64,000 nucleotides of DNA from Betaproteobacteria bacterium (lineage in GTDB: Bacteria > Pseudomonadota > Gammaproteobacteria > Burkholderiales > Ga0077523), in the NCBI GenBank assembly GCA_025350245.1, contig JANXYG010000007.1:1615-65614 (forward strand). The letters are read 5' to 3'. The notes beneath the pieces are model-generated. The model searched no databases. It was not told the DNA's origin and saw only the letters and a list, made by a program, of their open reading frames with translations. Position 1 is the first letter of the stretch. The number at the start of each line of letters is the position of its first letter. The translations under genes and the position numbers were made by a program. Positions 10,684 to 19,367 of the stretch are shown in pieces.

Positions 10684-10792
10684 GTTCCCGGAGTTCCCGC
10701 GATTCCCGCCACCTATATGGTTGGCGGGAATCGCGGGAAAATCGGGCGCTTCCTGGATTTCCCGAAATTTCCCACTGCGGGAATCGCGGGAA
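10684..10792. promoter_or_regulatory. repeat cluster (candidate iterons/operator)
   Basis: Perfect 17-bp inverted repeat: TTCCCGCGATTCCCGCC (10694-10710) and GGCGGGAATCGCGGGAA (10723-10739), separated by a 12-nt AT-rich spacer. A third 16-bp direct copy lies at 10777-10792. Several more TTCCC/GGGAA pentamers occur between them. Confidence 0.7.
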
Positions 10793-10796
10793 CATC

Positions 10797-12815
10797 TCAG
10801 GCGCTCCATACAAACTCCGAATCGACCATCACAAGGCGCCTTGCCTGGAGCCCCGTCAACGCCGCCGTGGCACGTTCGGTGCGCCGCTTCTGCTCACAGG
10901 TCAGATGCCGCCGTATCGCGTCTAGCGCATCCTCAAGCGGTACAGCGGGCTTCCCTTGGGGAAGTGAGTCCGGGGCGTCTGTCGGGCGTTCCTTTGACGC
11001 TGATTTGAGCAGTTCGGTAATGGCGTCCCATGCGACACGCTGATTCCCGCCCTTCGGTGGCATCGCCCGCTTTACCTCGCTCGGCGTGTCGTTGCGCGTG
11101 ACGACGCAGGAGGTTATCGGCTCGCCGTCGAGGTGATTGCCGATTTCGACCGGCCAAAGGGCGAACTCATGCGCGATGCCGTCGGCGCCATCCTTGGACT
11201 TGTCGATTCTCCAGGCTTGCCCGGTATCGGTCCGGATAACCTCGATGCTGGCGTCGAGGGCCGCAATCAGGCTCGAATGCCCGCGTAGTCCCCGGCTTGC
11301 ATCCTTGCCGGAGTGGTGAACCAGCAGAACCAACCCGCCGCAGCGACTCTGCAACGTCTTGGCTGCGTCGATGATGTGGCCCATGTCTGTGCTGCTGTTC
11401 TCGTCGGCGCCACTGGCGGCGCGGTTTAACGTGTCCACGACGAGAAGCCCCCCCGCGCAACCGGACGCCTGCACGGCATCGGCCAGAGACGTTACGTCAT
11501 CGCCCGCCAGCAGCCCGAACGGCTGCATCACGAACCGCAGCTTGTCGGGCATGGCCCGGTTCCGATGAAGTTCCCAGGCACGCACCCGCTGAGCGAATCC
11601 CGCTTCACCTTCGAGGGCGAGGTAGACGACAGGCGCGGCCATCCCCCGGCAGTCGAACCAGCGGGCACCGTCGGCCACGGCGGCGCACAGGTCAAGAGCA
11701 AGAAAGGATTTCCCGCTGCCACTGGCGCCAAAGATGCACGCCAACCCCGTAGCGGGCAGGACGCCACGCACCAGCCATTGCAGGGGCGGCGCCTTCGCAA
11801 CCGCGTCGGCGGCGAGCAGTCGGTAACGCATGCCGGGCGTTTTGGCATGGTCGAGCAGGTCCGCCAGGGCATCGCTGCCGTGCTCCGCTGCGTAGTCGTT
11901 GGCGTCGAAGTTGTTCGCCCTGTCCGATGGCATCACAACCCATGAGCCGTGCACTGCGAGGGCTACCTTTTCGGCGTTGGCTTCCTGGCCACGGTCTGGC
12001 ACCAGCACCAGCGGCAGAGCGCCATGAGCGTCCCGCAGTGCCCGTGCCACGGTCGCCATGCGCCCAGCCCCGAACGTCACCACGGCAGCGCAGCCCGTCG
12101 CGCGCCAGCATGCCCAGGCTTGCCCGATGCCTTCGACGATGAACACGCGGGCGGACTCCGCGATATCGCCCACGATGAACATGGAATCGGCAAACGACGC
12201 GCTGGGAAGGTTCAGCTTTTTGGCGGTACCGGGTGGCGGTATCAACTGGACCGTGCGCAATTCGCCATCGAGCGAGCGCGCCGGGACGACAAGCCAGCCC
12301 GAGACGCGATGGCCACTGACGTGCAGGGCATCCCCGGCAGGGACCAATCGCAATCCGTCGGCACCGCCGCGCTTCGCGATGACGTACGGGTGCGCCTCGG
12401 TTGCGGGTTCGCAGCGCGCCCAGAGTTCGCCGGGCGTCACTCCGGCCGCGTATGCGGGCCTTGGTTGCGATTGCGGGGCGTGGTCCGCGTGACGGTCCCG
12501 GCCGCGCTTGCTGGGCGCGTTGTAGCGCGGCTGAGGCGGCCTGCCGGGATGATGCCTACCGACGGACTGAGCCATGTGAATCAGCGTGCCAGCCGTTACG
12601 GGGCCGGGGCGCACCGAATGCCAAACGGTCGCGCAATCTCGCGCGGAATGAAAGTTTGACGCAGGTTCCGACCATGCTGTGAAATCATCGAGCGAGAGCC
12701 CGGAACTCTTTGCGGCCATGGCAATGACCACCCATTGTTCTCGCGGGCATGCGGGGTCAAGACTGCGAAGTGCGGACAGGGCGGTGTCGCGGTCAATCAT
12801 GCCCACCTCCGCCAT
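10797..12815 (-). CDS. island replication protein: PriCT-2-like N-terminus + Toprim primase + RepA/AAA_25-type helicase ATPase
   Basis: Motifs REQWVVIAMAAKSSGLSLDDFTAWSE (PriCT-2-like), VFIVEGIGQAWACW...LVPDRGQE (Toprim-like), Walker A GASGSGKS and Walker B LLVVDTL. Start may be M1 (12815) or M6 (12800). Confidence 0.82.
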   Translation of the reverse strand: MAEVGMIDRDTALSALRSLDPACPREQWVVIAMAAKSSGLSLDDFTAWSEPASNFHSARDCATVWHSVRPGPVTAGTLIHMAQSVGRHHPGRPPQPRYNAPSKRGRDRHADHAPQSQPRPAYAAGVTPGELWARCEPATEAHPYVIAKRGGADGLRLVPAGDALHVSGHRVSGWLVVPARSLDGELRTVQLIPPPGTAKKLNLPSASFADSMFIVGDIAESARVFIVEGIGQAWACWRATGCAAVVTFGAGRMATVARALRDAHGALPLVLVPDRGQEANAEKVALAVHGSWVVMPSDRANNFDANDYAAEHGSDALADLLDHAKTPGMRYRLLAADAVAKAPPLQWLVRGVLPATGLACIFGASGSGKSFLALDLCAAVADGARWFDCRGMAAPVVYLALEGEAGFAQRVRAWELHRNRAMPDKLRFVMQPFGLLAGDDVTSLADAVQASGCAGGLLVVDTLNRAASGADENSSTDMGHIIDAAKTLQSRCGGLVLLVHHSGKDASRGLRGHSSLIAALDASIEVIRTDTGQAWRIDKSKDGADGIAHEFALWPVEIGNHLDGEPITSCVVTRNDTPSEVKRAMPPKGGNQRVAWDAITELLKSASKERPTDAPDSLPQGKPAVPLEDALDAIRRHLTCEQKRRTERATAALTGLQARRLVMVDSEFVWSA

Positions 12816-13155
12816 TCGCCATCCAGCGATGCAGCTTTCGACGGTCCGCAGCGGTCAGGTGATAGATGCCGCGTTTCACCTCGAACCCATCGCGGTCGAA
12901 TACAGGCGTCCGAGTGCAGGGCAATTGCAGGCCGCGTTTGCGCAGTTCCAAGACAAGGTCCGGACCGTTCGAGCAACCTGCCTCGAAGTCGATGTGCTCA
13001 CGCGGCATCGGGCGGCGCAAAAGTCCGTTCAGCGCACGGAGGTGGCGAGGATTGGTCGTGCCTGTGAATCGACCATTGTCCGCCTGTGCGATAGACTGCG
13101 GATTCGGTTCGCGACGGCCACCACCTTCCCCAAGGTCCCCGGTGGCCGTCATCAT
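12793..13155 (-). CDS. hypothetical island protein (120 aa), possibly winged-helix DNA-binding
   Basis: ORF overlaps the neighbouring genes on both sides (operon-like). TNPRHLRALNGLLRRPMPREHID resembles conserved small proteins seen beside AlpA/primase genes in such islands (from memory). Confidence 0.5.
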   Translation of the reverse strand: MMTATGDLGEGGGRREPNPQSIAQADNGRFTGTTNPRHLRALNGLLRRPMPREHIDFEAGCSNGPDLVLELRKRGLQLPCTRTPVFDRDGFEVKRGIYHLTAADRRKLHRWMANGGGGHD

Positions 13156-13370
13156 TTCGTGCTCCCGCTGAGCAGCGCGCGCAGGTCAGACACCCGCCAT
13201 GCGAGCCGACCGTTTATGCGCAAGGGGGAGATAGGGCCGTTCCCGGAGCAAGCCCACTTCCGCAGGGTTTGGGGCTGCCGGTTGACCGTCCGGGCTGCCG
13301 GGGTGGTTGGCAGCGTGTCGCATTTCTCGGCCAATGCAGCCAAGACAGGAAACTTCTCGTCGCTCATCAT
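13152..13370 (-). CDS. AlpA/excisionase-type small HTH protein
   Basis: 72 aa. TPAARTVNRQPQTLRKWACSGNGPISPLRINGRLAWRVSDLRALL fits the AlpA/Xis-type HTH pattern. The position in the island is typical. Confidence 0.65.
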   Translation of the reverse strand: MMSDEKFPVLAALAEKCDTLPTTPAARTVNRQPQTLRKWACSGNGPISPLRINGRLAWRVSDLRALLSGSTK

Positions 13371-13557
13371 TTCTCCGTTGAGAGACGCGCCTAGGCGGGA
13401 TTGCCTATGTCGGCGCGTTGATGAGCGATTTGTGCGTTACGGCATGGCTAGCGGCAGGTTGCTGGAGATTGTGCCGGTACCTAGAACCAGCATTGATGCG
13501 GGTCTTGAAGGTGCGTGCCGTATCTGAGGCGACCCCACGCCGGTAGGTGGTGCCGGT

Positions 13558-14634
13558 TCATAGCGTTTCGGATAGGGAATCCCATTCGGCAGACCAGTCC
13601 GGGAAATGCTGGTCGATGAAGTTCCCGATGCGAACCTTGTTTGCTCGTCGCGTCGCCACGAGACACATGCCAACCATGGCGGGATTCCATGTTGACGGGA
13701 TGTTTCCCGCCTTGCCTATTGTCACGCGCGCGTGTTTGAGCCAAGCAGGCACATCCGATAGGGCCTTGTCGAGGTCGAGCCTTTTCAGTAGCGGCCAATC
13801 GCTTGCAATAAGTTCCGCTTTGGTCAACGCACGCTTCTGATAACCGCCATCTGGCGCAACCGCGCCGGCAGAACGAGCGTCGGGCTCATCCAGCAGATAC
13901 ATGGAGAATTCGGACTGCGACGCAAGCCAGCGATTGACCGGCGCAACAGCGGTGACCTCGTGCATCGTTGCAGGATGGCACGTATCACCGGCGTTGTAGC
14001 CACGTTGCCGGTCGCGAGGATGTAAGCGCGCCTGCGCCGCAAAGGCGTGTACCTGTTCAGGCACCGGGAAGTCGCTAGGGTCTGCGAAGTTGATTGGATT
14101 CCGTAGGGGAATCTTCCTGTCGGATACGGCAATGACCAGTAATTCTCGCCATCGCGGTATCGCTATCGGTGAGAGTTGGGCGAGTTCGGTCGCAACGTCA
14201 TCGAGGGAGACGATTCCCGCATTCCGTCGCGCTGCCAATTCGGCGGCTTCCTTGTTCCGGCGCTCCACCAATTTGTCCACGAGCGGACCCAACCCCATAG
14301 CGCGCAGTATCACGTCGGCATCGGCCGGGGTCACATACCAATCCCAAGGTTCCGCCTCCACTTCGGCGAGGTCTGAAGGCGGGGCATCGTTCTCGATGTG
14401 GTGCACATCCATGCTCCCATCTCGGACCAGTTCCAGAATGCGGGGAAGCACGAGCGGAATTCCGCTGTTTGGCTCTGGCGTGCCTTGCTCATTCAATGAC
14501 GCGATGATTATCTGGTGCAGCCTCTTGTCGAAGCCATCGTGCTGGTAGTCCGGATGCAGGTACGACACTGCTAAGGCAATCTCCATGGCCAACCTGGCAA
14601 GGTCAGGGCGGCTGTTGTCGTTCGTCGTATTCAT
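13558..14634 (-). CDS. hypothetical island protein (~358 aa)
   Basis: Long ORF between the integrase and alpA-like genes. Start taken at MNTTNDN (14634). No family recognised. Confidence 0.55.
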   Translation of the reverse strand: MNTTNDNSRPDLARLAMEIALAVSYLHPDYQHDGFDKRLHQIIIASLNEQGTPEPNSGIPLVLPRILELVRDGSMDVHHIENDAPPSDLAEVEAEPWDWYVTPADADVILRAMGLGPLVDKLVERRNKEAAELAARRNAGIVSLDDVATELAQLSPIAIPRWRELLVIAVSDRKIPLRNPINFADPSDFPVPEQVHAFAAQARLHPRDRQRGYNAGDTCHPATMHEVTAVAPVNRWLASQSEFSMYLLDEPDARSAGAVAPDGGYQKRALTKAELIASDWPLLKRLDLDKALSDVPAWLKHARVTIGKAGNIPSTWNPAMVGMCLVATRRANKVRIGNFIDQHFPDWSAEWDSLSETL

Positions 14635-14732
14635 CGCACCCCTTCGAGCGCAAACCTTCAAGAGGGGGCGCCAGACAGGCGGGCGAAGGTGTCCCGCTTT
14701 TCGAGCCGTCGCTCTAGTCTGGCGCTTGCTGG

Positions 14733-15725
14733 TCAGGCGAGCTTCTTCACCAATTCCGATGCCTTGAGGTGCGTGTAGCGTTTCAACATCTGGAGCGTCT
14801 TGTGTCCGCTGATGGCGGCAACCTCCATCGGGTTCAACCCGAGTTCAAAGAATCGTGACACGGCTTCATGCCGCAGGTCATGAAAGCGCAAGTCTTCGAT
14901 ATCCGCCGCATGTACAGTCCGGCGCCAGACGTTTTCTAGGCTGTCGGCACGCTTCCAGGTCCAGAACACCCGCCCGTCCTTGATGTGCCGGGGCAGGCCC
15001 GACAGGGCAGCAACGGCAGCGGTACTCAGGGGCACCTGACGGGCGTCGCCGGTCTTCGTGTCGTTCAGGGTCGCCACCCGCGCGGACAGGTCCACGTCGG
15101 CCCAATGCAGGGAGAGGATTTCGCCCATGCGCATGCCGGTCTCGATGGCGAAGCGCACCACGGGCGCGAGCATAGGCGCACGGGTTCCCTTGCATGCTTC
15201 CATCAGATGGGATTCTTCGGGGCCAGACAGGCGACGGTCGCGCCCTCTGGCCACCTGAGGACGCCTAACCAGTTTCGCCGGGTTCGCGACCATCGGGATG
15301 CCCCAGTCCTTCACGGCCACGTCGAACAGGTGCGACAGGGTGTTTAGCTCCTTGACCACGGTCGCCCCCGCGAGTCCTGCGGCTAGGCGCGCATCACGGT
15401 AGTCGGCAATGTGCGTACTGCGAATTGCGGCAAGTGAGAAGGCGCCGAAGTGTTGGCGTAGCTGGTTCAGCCGTTGGGCCTCGTTGCGGGCGGACTTCTT
15501 CATCGGCGTCACTTCCAGCCGGTAACGGTCGATGAGTTCCGCCATGGTCGTGCGTTCGGCCTCGGTGCGGTCAACGAAGATGCCCCGGTCCATCTCTGAT
15601 TCGAGGGTTCGCGCCCATCGTTTCGCATCTGACTTCGTGTCGAAACTCTTGGCGAGGGGTTTCAGCCCGGCCCGCCTCACCTGCACCTGCCACCTGCCGC
15701 TGTCCAGTTTGCGAAGATTTGCCAC
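14733..15725 (-). CDS. tyrosine-type site-specific recombinase (island integrase)
   Basis: C-terminal HDLRHEAVSRF...GHKTLQMLKRYTH motifs. GTG start at 15725 preceded by GGAGGTG. The longer ORF-track form (start 15818) would run into the tRNA repeat and is rejected. Confidence 0.9.
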   Translation of the reverse strand: MANLRKLDSGRWQVQVRRAGLKPLAKSFDTKSDAKRWARTLESEMDRGIFVDRTEAERTTMAELIDRYRLEVTPMKKSARNEAQRLNQLRQHFGAFSLAAIRSTHIADYRDARLAAGLAGATVVKELNTLSHLFDVAVKDWGIPMVANPAKLVRRPQVARGRDRRLSGPEESHLMEACKGTRAPMLAPVVRFAIETGMRMGEILSLHWADVDLSARVATLNDTKTGDARQVPLSTAAVAALSGLPRHIKDGRVFWTWKRADSLENVWRRTVHAADIEDLRFHDLRHEAVSRFFELGLNPMEVAAISGHKTLQMLKRYTHLKASELVKKLA

Positions 15726-15788
15726 TTCACACCTCCAACTGTGATGCAGGTGTGATGGAAAGGCTCCGGCGTCATGGTCGAGGCTGTT

Positions 15789-15880
15789 AACCCCTTGTTT
15801 CCATGGCGCCCCGAACACGAATCGAACGTGTGACCTACCCCTTAGGAGGGGGTTGCTCTATCCACTGAGCTACCGGGGCG
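15789..15880. repeat. 92-bp direct repeat (integrase-proximal att site)
   Basis: Identical by eye to 8437..8528. Confidence 0.9.
15804..15879 (-). tRNA. tRNA-Arg (anticodon CCT), copy retaining the chromosomal 5' flank
   Basis: Same 76-nt sequence as 8452..8527, anticodon loop CTCCTAA. The integrase gene lies immediately 3' of it. Confidence 0.93.
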
Positions 15881-16077
15881 AACGCCGCGGATTCTAGCCG
15901 AAGGGTGCCCTTCCAGCCGCCCGAAATCGGCAATTGTCGCCATCGAATCCGGGAATTGACCCTTGATTGCGAGGATCGGTCAGTGTTGCGGGCGGTAGGC
16001 CGTCTATATACTCCGGCGCATTGCTTGCTCTGATCCCGGACTGCACTCGGTTTCCCGACCCGTTCCCGACCCCATCC

Positions 16078-17790
16078 ATGCGCCAGTTCGTCACCCGCTT
16101 CCGGCCTTTTTTCCTCTACGCGGGGCTGTTCAGCTTCTTCATCAACCTGCTGCTGCTGGTGCCGTCGCTGTACATGCTGCAGGTGTTCGACCGGGTCATC
16201 CCCAGCCGTAGCGATGAGACGCTGGTGGTGCTCACGATCGGCTCTCTTGTCTGCCTGCTGATCATGATGGTGCTCGACCTGCTGCGTGCGCGGCTGCTGA
16301 CCAGCGCCGGGGTGGCGCTGGATCGCAAGCTCGGGCCGCAGGTGCTGTCGGGGCTGCTGTCGAATGCCCGCCGACCGGGGGCATCGGACTACAGCCTCGG
16401 CCTGCGCGACGTGAACACGCTGCGCACTTTCCTGACGGGCACCGGCATCTTCTCGCTGTTCGACGCGCCGTGGCTGCCGGTCTACCTGGTGGTCATCGCC
16501 TTGTTCCACCCCGTTCTCGGTATCGTTGCCCTGATCGGCGCGCTGCTGCTGCTGAGCCTGGGCTATCTCAACGAAAAGCTGACCCGCAAGAGCCTCGAAG
16601 GCCTGCAGTCCGAAGGACGCAAGGCCGGTCGTTTCATCGACCAGACCGTGCGCAATGCCGAGGTGGTCAACGCACTCGGCATGGTCGGCAACGTCACCCG
16701 CAAGTGGGAAGGTCTGAATCGCAGCGTGCTCGGATTGCAGATCTCCACCAGCCAGCTCGCGGGCATGGTCAGCGGCATCACCAAGTTCATGCGCCAGTTC
16801 GTTCAGGTTGCCATGCTCGGCACCGGCGCTTACCTCGTGATCGACCTGCATGTGACCGCCGGCGTGATGATGGCGTCCACGATCCTGCTCGGCCGGGCAT
16901 TGGCGCCGGTGGAAACCGCGATCGCCGGCTGGAAAAGCCTGGTCGATGCGCGCAGCGCCTATAACCGGCTGGATCGGCTGCTGGCGGAGAACCCCAACGA
17001 AAGCCCGGCCACCGAGCTGCCGACGCCGGCGGGCGATCTGGTCGTCGACAAGGTGGTTTTCGCGATCCGCGGCCAGGAGCGCCCGATCCTGCGCGGGGTC
17101 TCGTTTCAGATCAAGGCCGGTGAGTCGCTCGGTATCATCGGCCCCAGTGCCTCGGGTAAATCCACGCTCGCGCGCCTGATGGTCGGCATCTGGAAACCCG
17201 CCAGCGGTGTCGTGCGTCTGGACGGTGCCGACGTCGCGACATGGCCGCGTGAGCACCTCGGGCCCCACATGGGTTATCTCCCGCAGGACGTTGAACTCTT
17301 CTCCGGCACCGTCTCGGACAACATTGCCCGCATGGGCGCGGTCGATTCCGACGCCGTGATCGCCGCCGCGCACCGCGCCAACGCACACGAGATGATCCTG
17401 CGGCTGGCGAAAGGTTACGACACCGATGTCGGCGATGCCGGCAACACGCTATCCGGCGGTCAGCGGCAGCGGCTGGCGCTGGCTCGGGCGCTCTACGGCA
17501 ATCCGCGCCTGCTGGTGCTCGACGAGCCCAATGCCAACCTCGATGGCGAAGGCGAAGAAGCGCTGATGCGCACCATCCGCGACATCCGCGTTGACGGCGT
17601 CACCGTGATCGTGATCACCCATCGGCCGTCGCTGCTCGCGAACATCGACAAGGTGCTGGTCATGCGCGAGGGCCAGGTCGAGATGTTCGGACCGCGCGCC
17701 GAGGTCATCGCCAAGGTCACGCGCGGCGCCACGCCGGCCAATACGCCCACGCTGGTGGGCGGCCAAACAGCGCCTCGCGCCGAAGGCTAA
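16078..17790 (+). CDS. type I secretion system permease/ATPase (PrtD/LapB-type, no C39 peptidase domain)
   Basis: N-terminal transmembrane domain (LYMLQVFDRVIPS), Walker A GPSASGKST, LSGGQRQRLALARAL, LLVLDEPNANLD. Start at ATG 16078 (MRQFV...). Confidence 0.9.
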   Translation: MRQFVTRFRPFFLYAGLFSFFINLLLLVPSLYMLQVFDRVIPSRSDETLVVLTIGSLVCLLIMMVLDLLRARLLTSAGVALDRKLGPQVLSGLLSNARRPGASDYSLGLRDVNTLRTFLTGTGIFSLFDAPWLPVYLVVIALFHPVLGIVALIGALLLLSLGYLNEKLTRKSLEGLQSEGRKAGRFIDQTVRNAEVVNALGMVGNVTRKWEGLNRSVLGLQISTSQLAGMVSGITKFMRQFVQVAMLGTGAYLVIDLHVTAGVMMASTILLGRALAPVETAIAGWKSLVDARSAYNRLDRLLAENPNESPATELPTPAGDLVVDKVVFAIRGQERPILRGVSFQIKAGESLGIIGPSASGKSTLARLMVGIWKPASGVVRLDGADVATWPREHLGPHMGYLPQDVELFSGTVSDNIARMGAVDSDAVIAAAHRANAHEMILRLAKGYDTDVGDAGNTLSGGQRQRLALARALYGNPRLLVLDEPNANLDGEGEEALMRTIRDIRVDGVTVIVITHRPSLLANIDKVLVMREGQVEMFGPRAEVIAKVTRGATPANTPTLVGGQTAPRAEG

Positions 17791-17794
17791 GCTG

Positions 17795-19129
17795 ATGCTC
17801 CCGCGTCTGAAGCACTTCTTCCTGCCCGACATCGACGTAGAACACGCCGACGACGCACGCCGCATCGTTCGCGCCGGGCTGGCCGTCATCGCGGTGCTGG
17901 TGATCGTGATCGGCGGCTGGCTCGCGTTCGCGCCATTGTCCGGCGCGGTGATCGCGCCCGGCTTTCTGCGCGTCGATACCTATCGCAAGACCGTGCAGCA
18001 TCAGGAAGGTGGAATCGTCCGCGAAATCCTGGTGCGCGAGGGCCAGGTGGTGAAAGCGGGCGAGCCGCTGCTGATCCTGGGCGACGTGCGCGTCAGCGCC
18101 GGATTCGAATCCAACCGTACCCAGCTCGATGGCGAACTCGCACGGCAAGGCCGGTTGCAGGCCGAGCGCGACCTCACCTCCGTAGTCCGGTTCTCCGATT
18201 CGTTGGCCAAGAGATCGAAGGACGCCCGGGTTGCCGAGTTGATGCAGCGCGAGTCGGCGTTGTTCCGGGTGCGCCGCTCGGTACTCGACAGCCAGGTGCA
18301 GTTGCTTCATTCCCAGACCGGCGAAACCCGTGGCGAGATCGCGGCACTGGAAAGCGAGATCAAGGCCGACGACACCTCGATTCGCCTGCAACAGGAAGAA
18401 CTCGATGCCAACGAGCAGTTGATCGCGCAGGGCTTCATCAGCCGGGCGCATGTGCTCGGCCTGAAGCGCAACGTCGCCGACTATGAATCGCGCCGCGGCC
18501 AGAACATGGCCGAGCTCGCGAAGGCGCGCCAGAAGATCTCCGAGCTGGAACTGCGCATCCTCGGATTGCGCAACACCTACATGCAGCAGGCCGCGGACGA
18601 GCTGAAGGACAACACCGCCAAGGTGTTCGATCTGGAGGAGCGCATGCGCGCTTCGCAGGATGCATCCGACCGGCAGACCGTCACGGCGCCGGTCGCGGGG
18701 TCGGTCGTCGATCTCAAGGTGACCACGGTCGGGTTCACCGTCGGCCCGCGTGAACCGATGATGGACATCGTGCCGGCCAATCCCGATCTGATCGTCGAAG
18801 CTCGCATCCGCCCCGAAGACATCAACAACGTGAGCCAGGGCGCCAGTGCGGATGTCCGCCTCACCTCGTTCAAGCAGCGTCTGGTGCCGGTGGTTGCCGG
18901 CAAGGTGAGCTATGTCTCGGCCGACCGCCTGACCGAACGGCAGACCGGCTCTCCCTACTACGCGGCCTACATCCGGATCGATCCGGCGTCGCTCGCGGCG
19001 GCCGGCAATCTTCACCTGCAGGCCGGCATGCCGGCCGAGGTCTATGTGCGTACCGTCGCGCGCACGCCGCTGCTTTATCTGCTCGACCCGATCACGGGTT
19101 ACATCCGCAAGGCGATGCGCGAGCCCTGA
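17795..19129 (+). CDS. HlyD-family type I secretion membrane fusion protein
   Basis: 444 aa with an N-terminal transmembrane helix. TVQHQEGGIVREILVREGQVVKAGEPLLILGD and coiled-coil regions are typical of PrtE/LapC/HlyD. Confidence 0.9.
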   Translation: MLPRLKHFFLPDIDVEHADDARRIVRAGLAVIAVLVIVIGGWLAFAPLSGAVIAPGFLRVDTYRKTVQHQEGGIVREILVREGQVVKAGEPLLILGDVRVSAGFESNRTQLDGELARQGRLQAERDLTSVVRFSDSLAKRSKDARVAELMQRESALFRVRRSVLDSQVQLLHSQTGETRGEIAALESEIKADDTSIRLQQEELDANEQLIAQGFISRAHVLGLKRNVADYESRRGQNMAELAKARQKISELELRILGLRNTYMQQAADELKDNTAKVFDLEERMRASQDASDRQTVTAPVAGSVVDLKVTTVGFTVGPREPMMDIVPANPDLIVEARIRPEDINNVSQGASADVRLTSFKQRLVPVVAGKVSYVSADRLTERQTGSPYYAAYIRIDPASLAAAGNLHLQAGMPAEVYVRTVARTPLLYLLDPITGYIRKAMREP

Positions 19130-19367
19130 TCGTGTAGTACGTCCGGGCCGCAAGGGCTCGGACGGCAGCCCCCCAAGGCTGCTTCGGCAACACAAAACTA
19201 TCAATTAGTTAGATTTTCGGGCTACCATCGCGTGCAGGGTTTGCGGATGGCCCCGTCTCTGCGGTGAGTCCTGACTTTTCGGCGCATCACTCGTGCTGTA
19301 ATTCGTCCGTTCCAGGGCCGCGTTGTCGGCCCGGGTAACTCCCGATTTCGACCAAGGAGAGCCAACC

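Larger units (their letters stand above)
8437..15880. mobile_element. tRNA-Arg(CCT)-integrated genomic island (P4-like/satellite-like: int, AlpA-like, primase-helicase, cargo)
   Basis: Flanking 92-bp direct repeats. A tyrosine integrase lies next to the tRNA copy at 15804..15879. All island genes are on the minus strand. The cargo has visibly lower GC. Confidence 0.85.

Noticed and set aside
10535-10813. N-terminal 93 codons of ORF 9071..10813.
   Set aside because: This part runs through the iteron-like repeat cluster and overlaps the primase 3' end. Its composition differs from the low-GC body of the gene. ATG 10534 is preferred, but the start remains uncertain.
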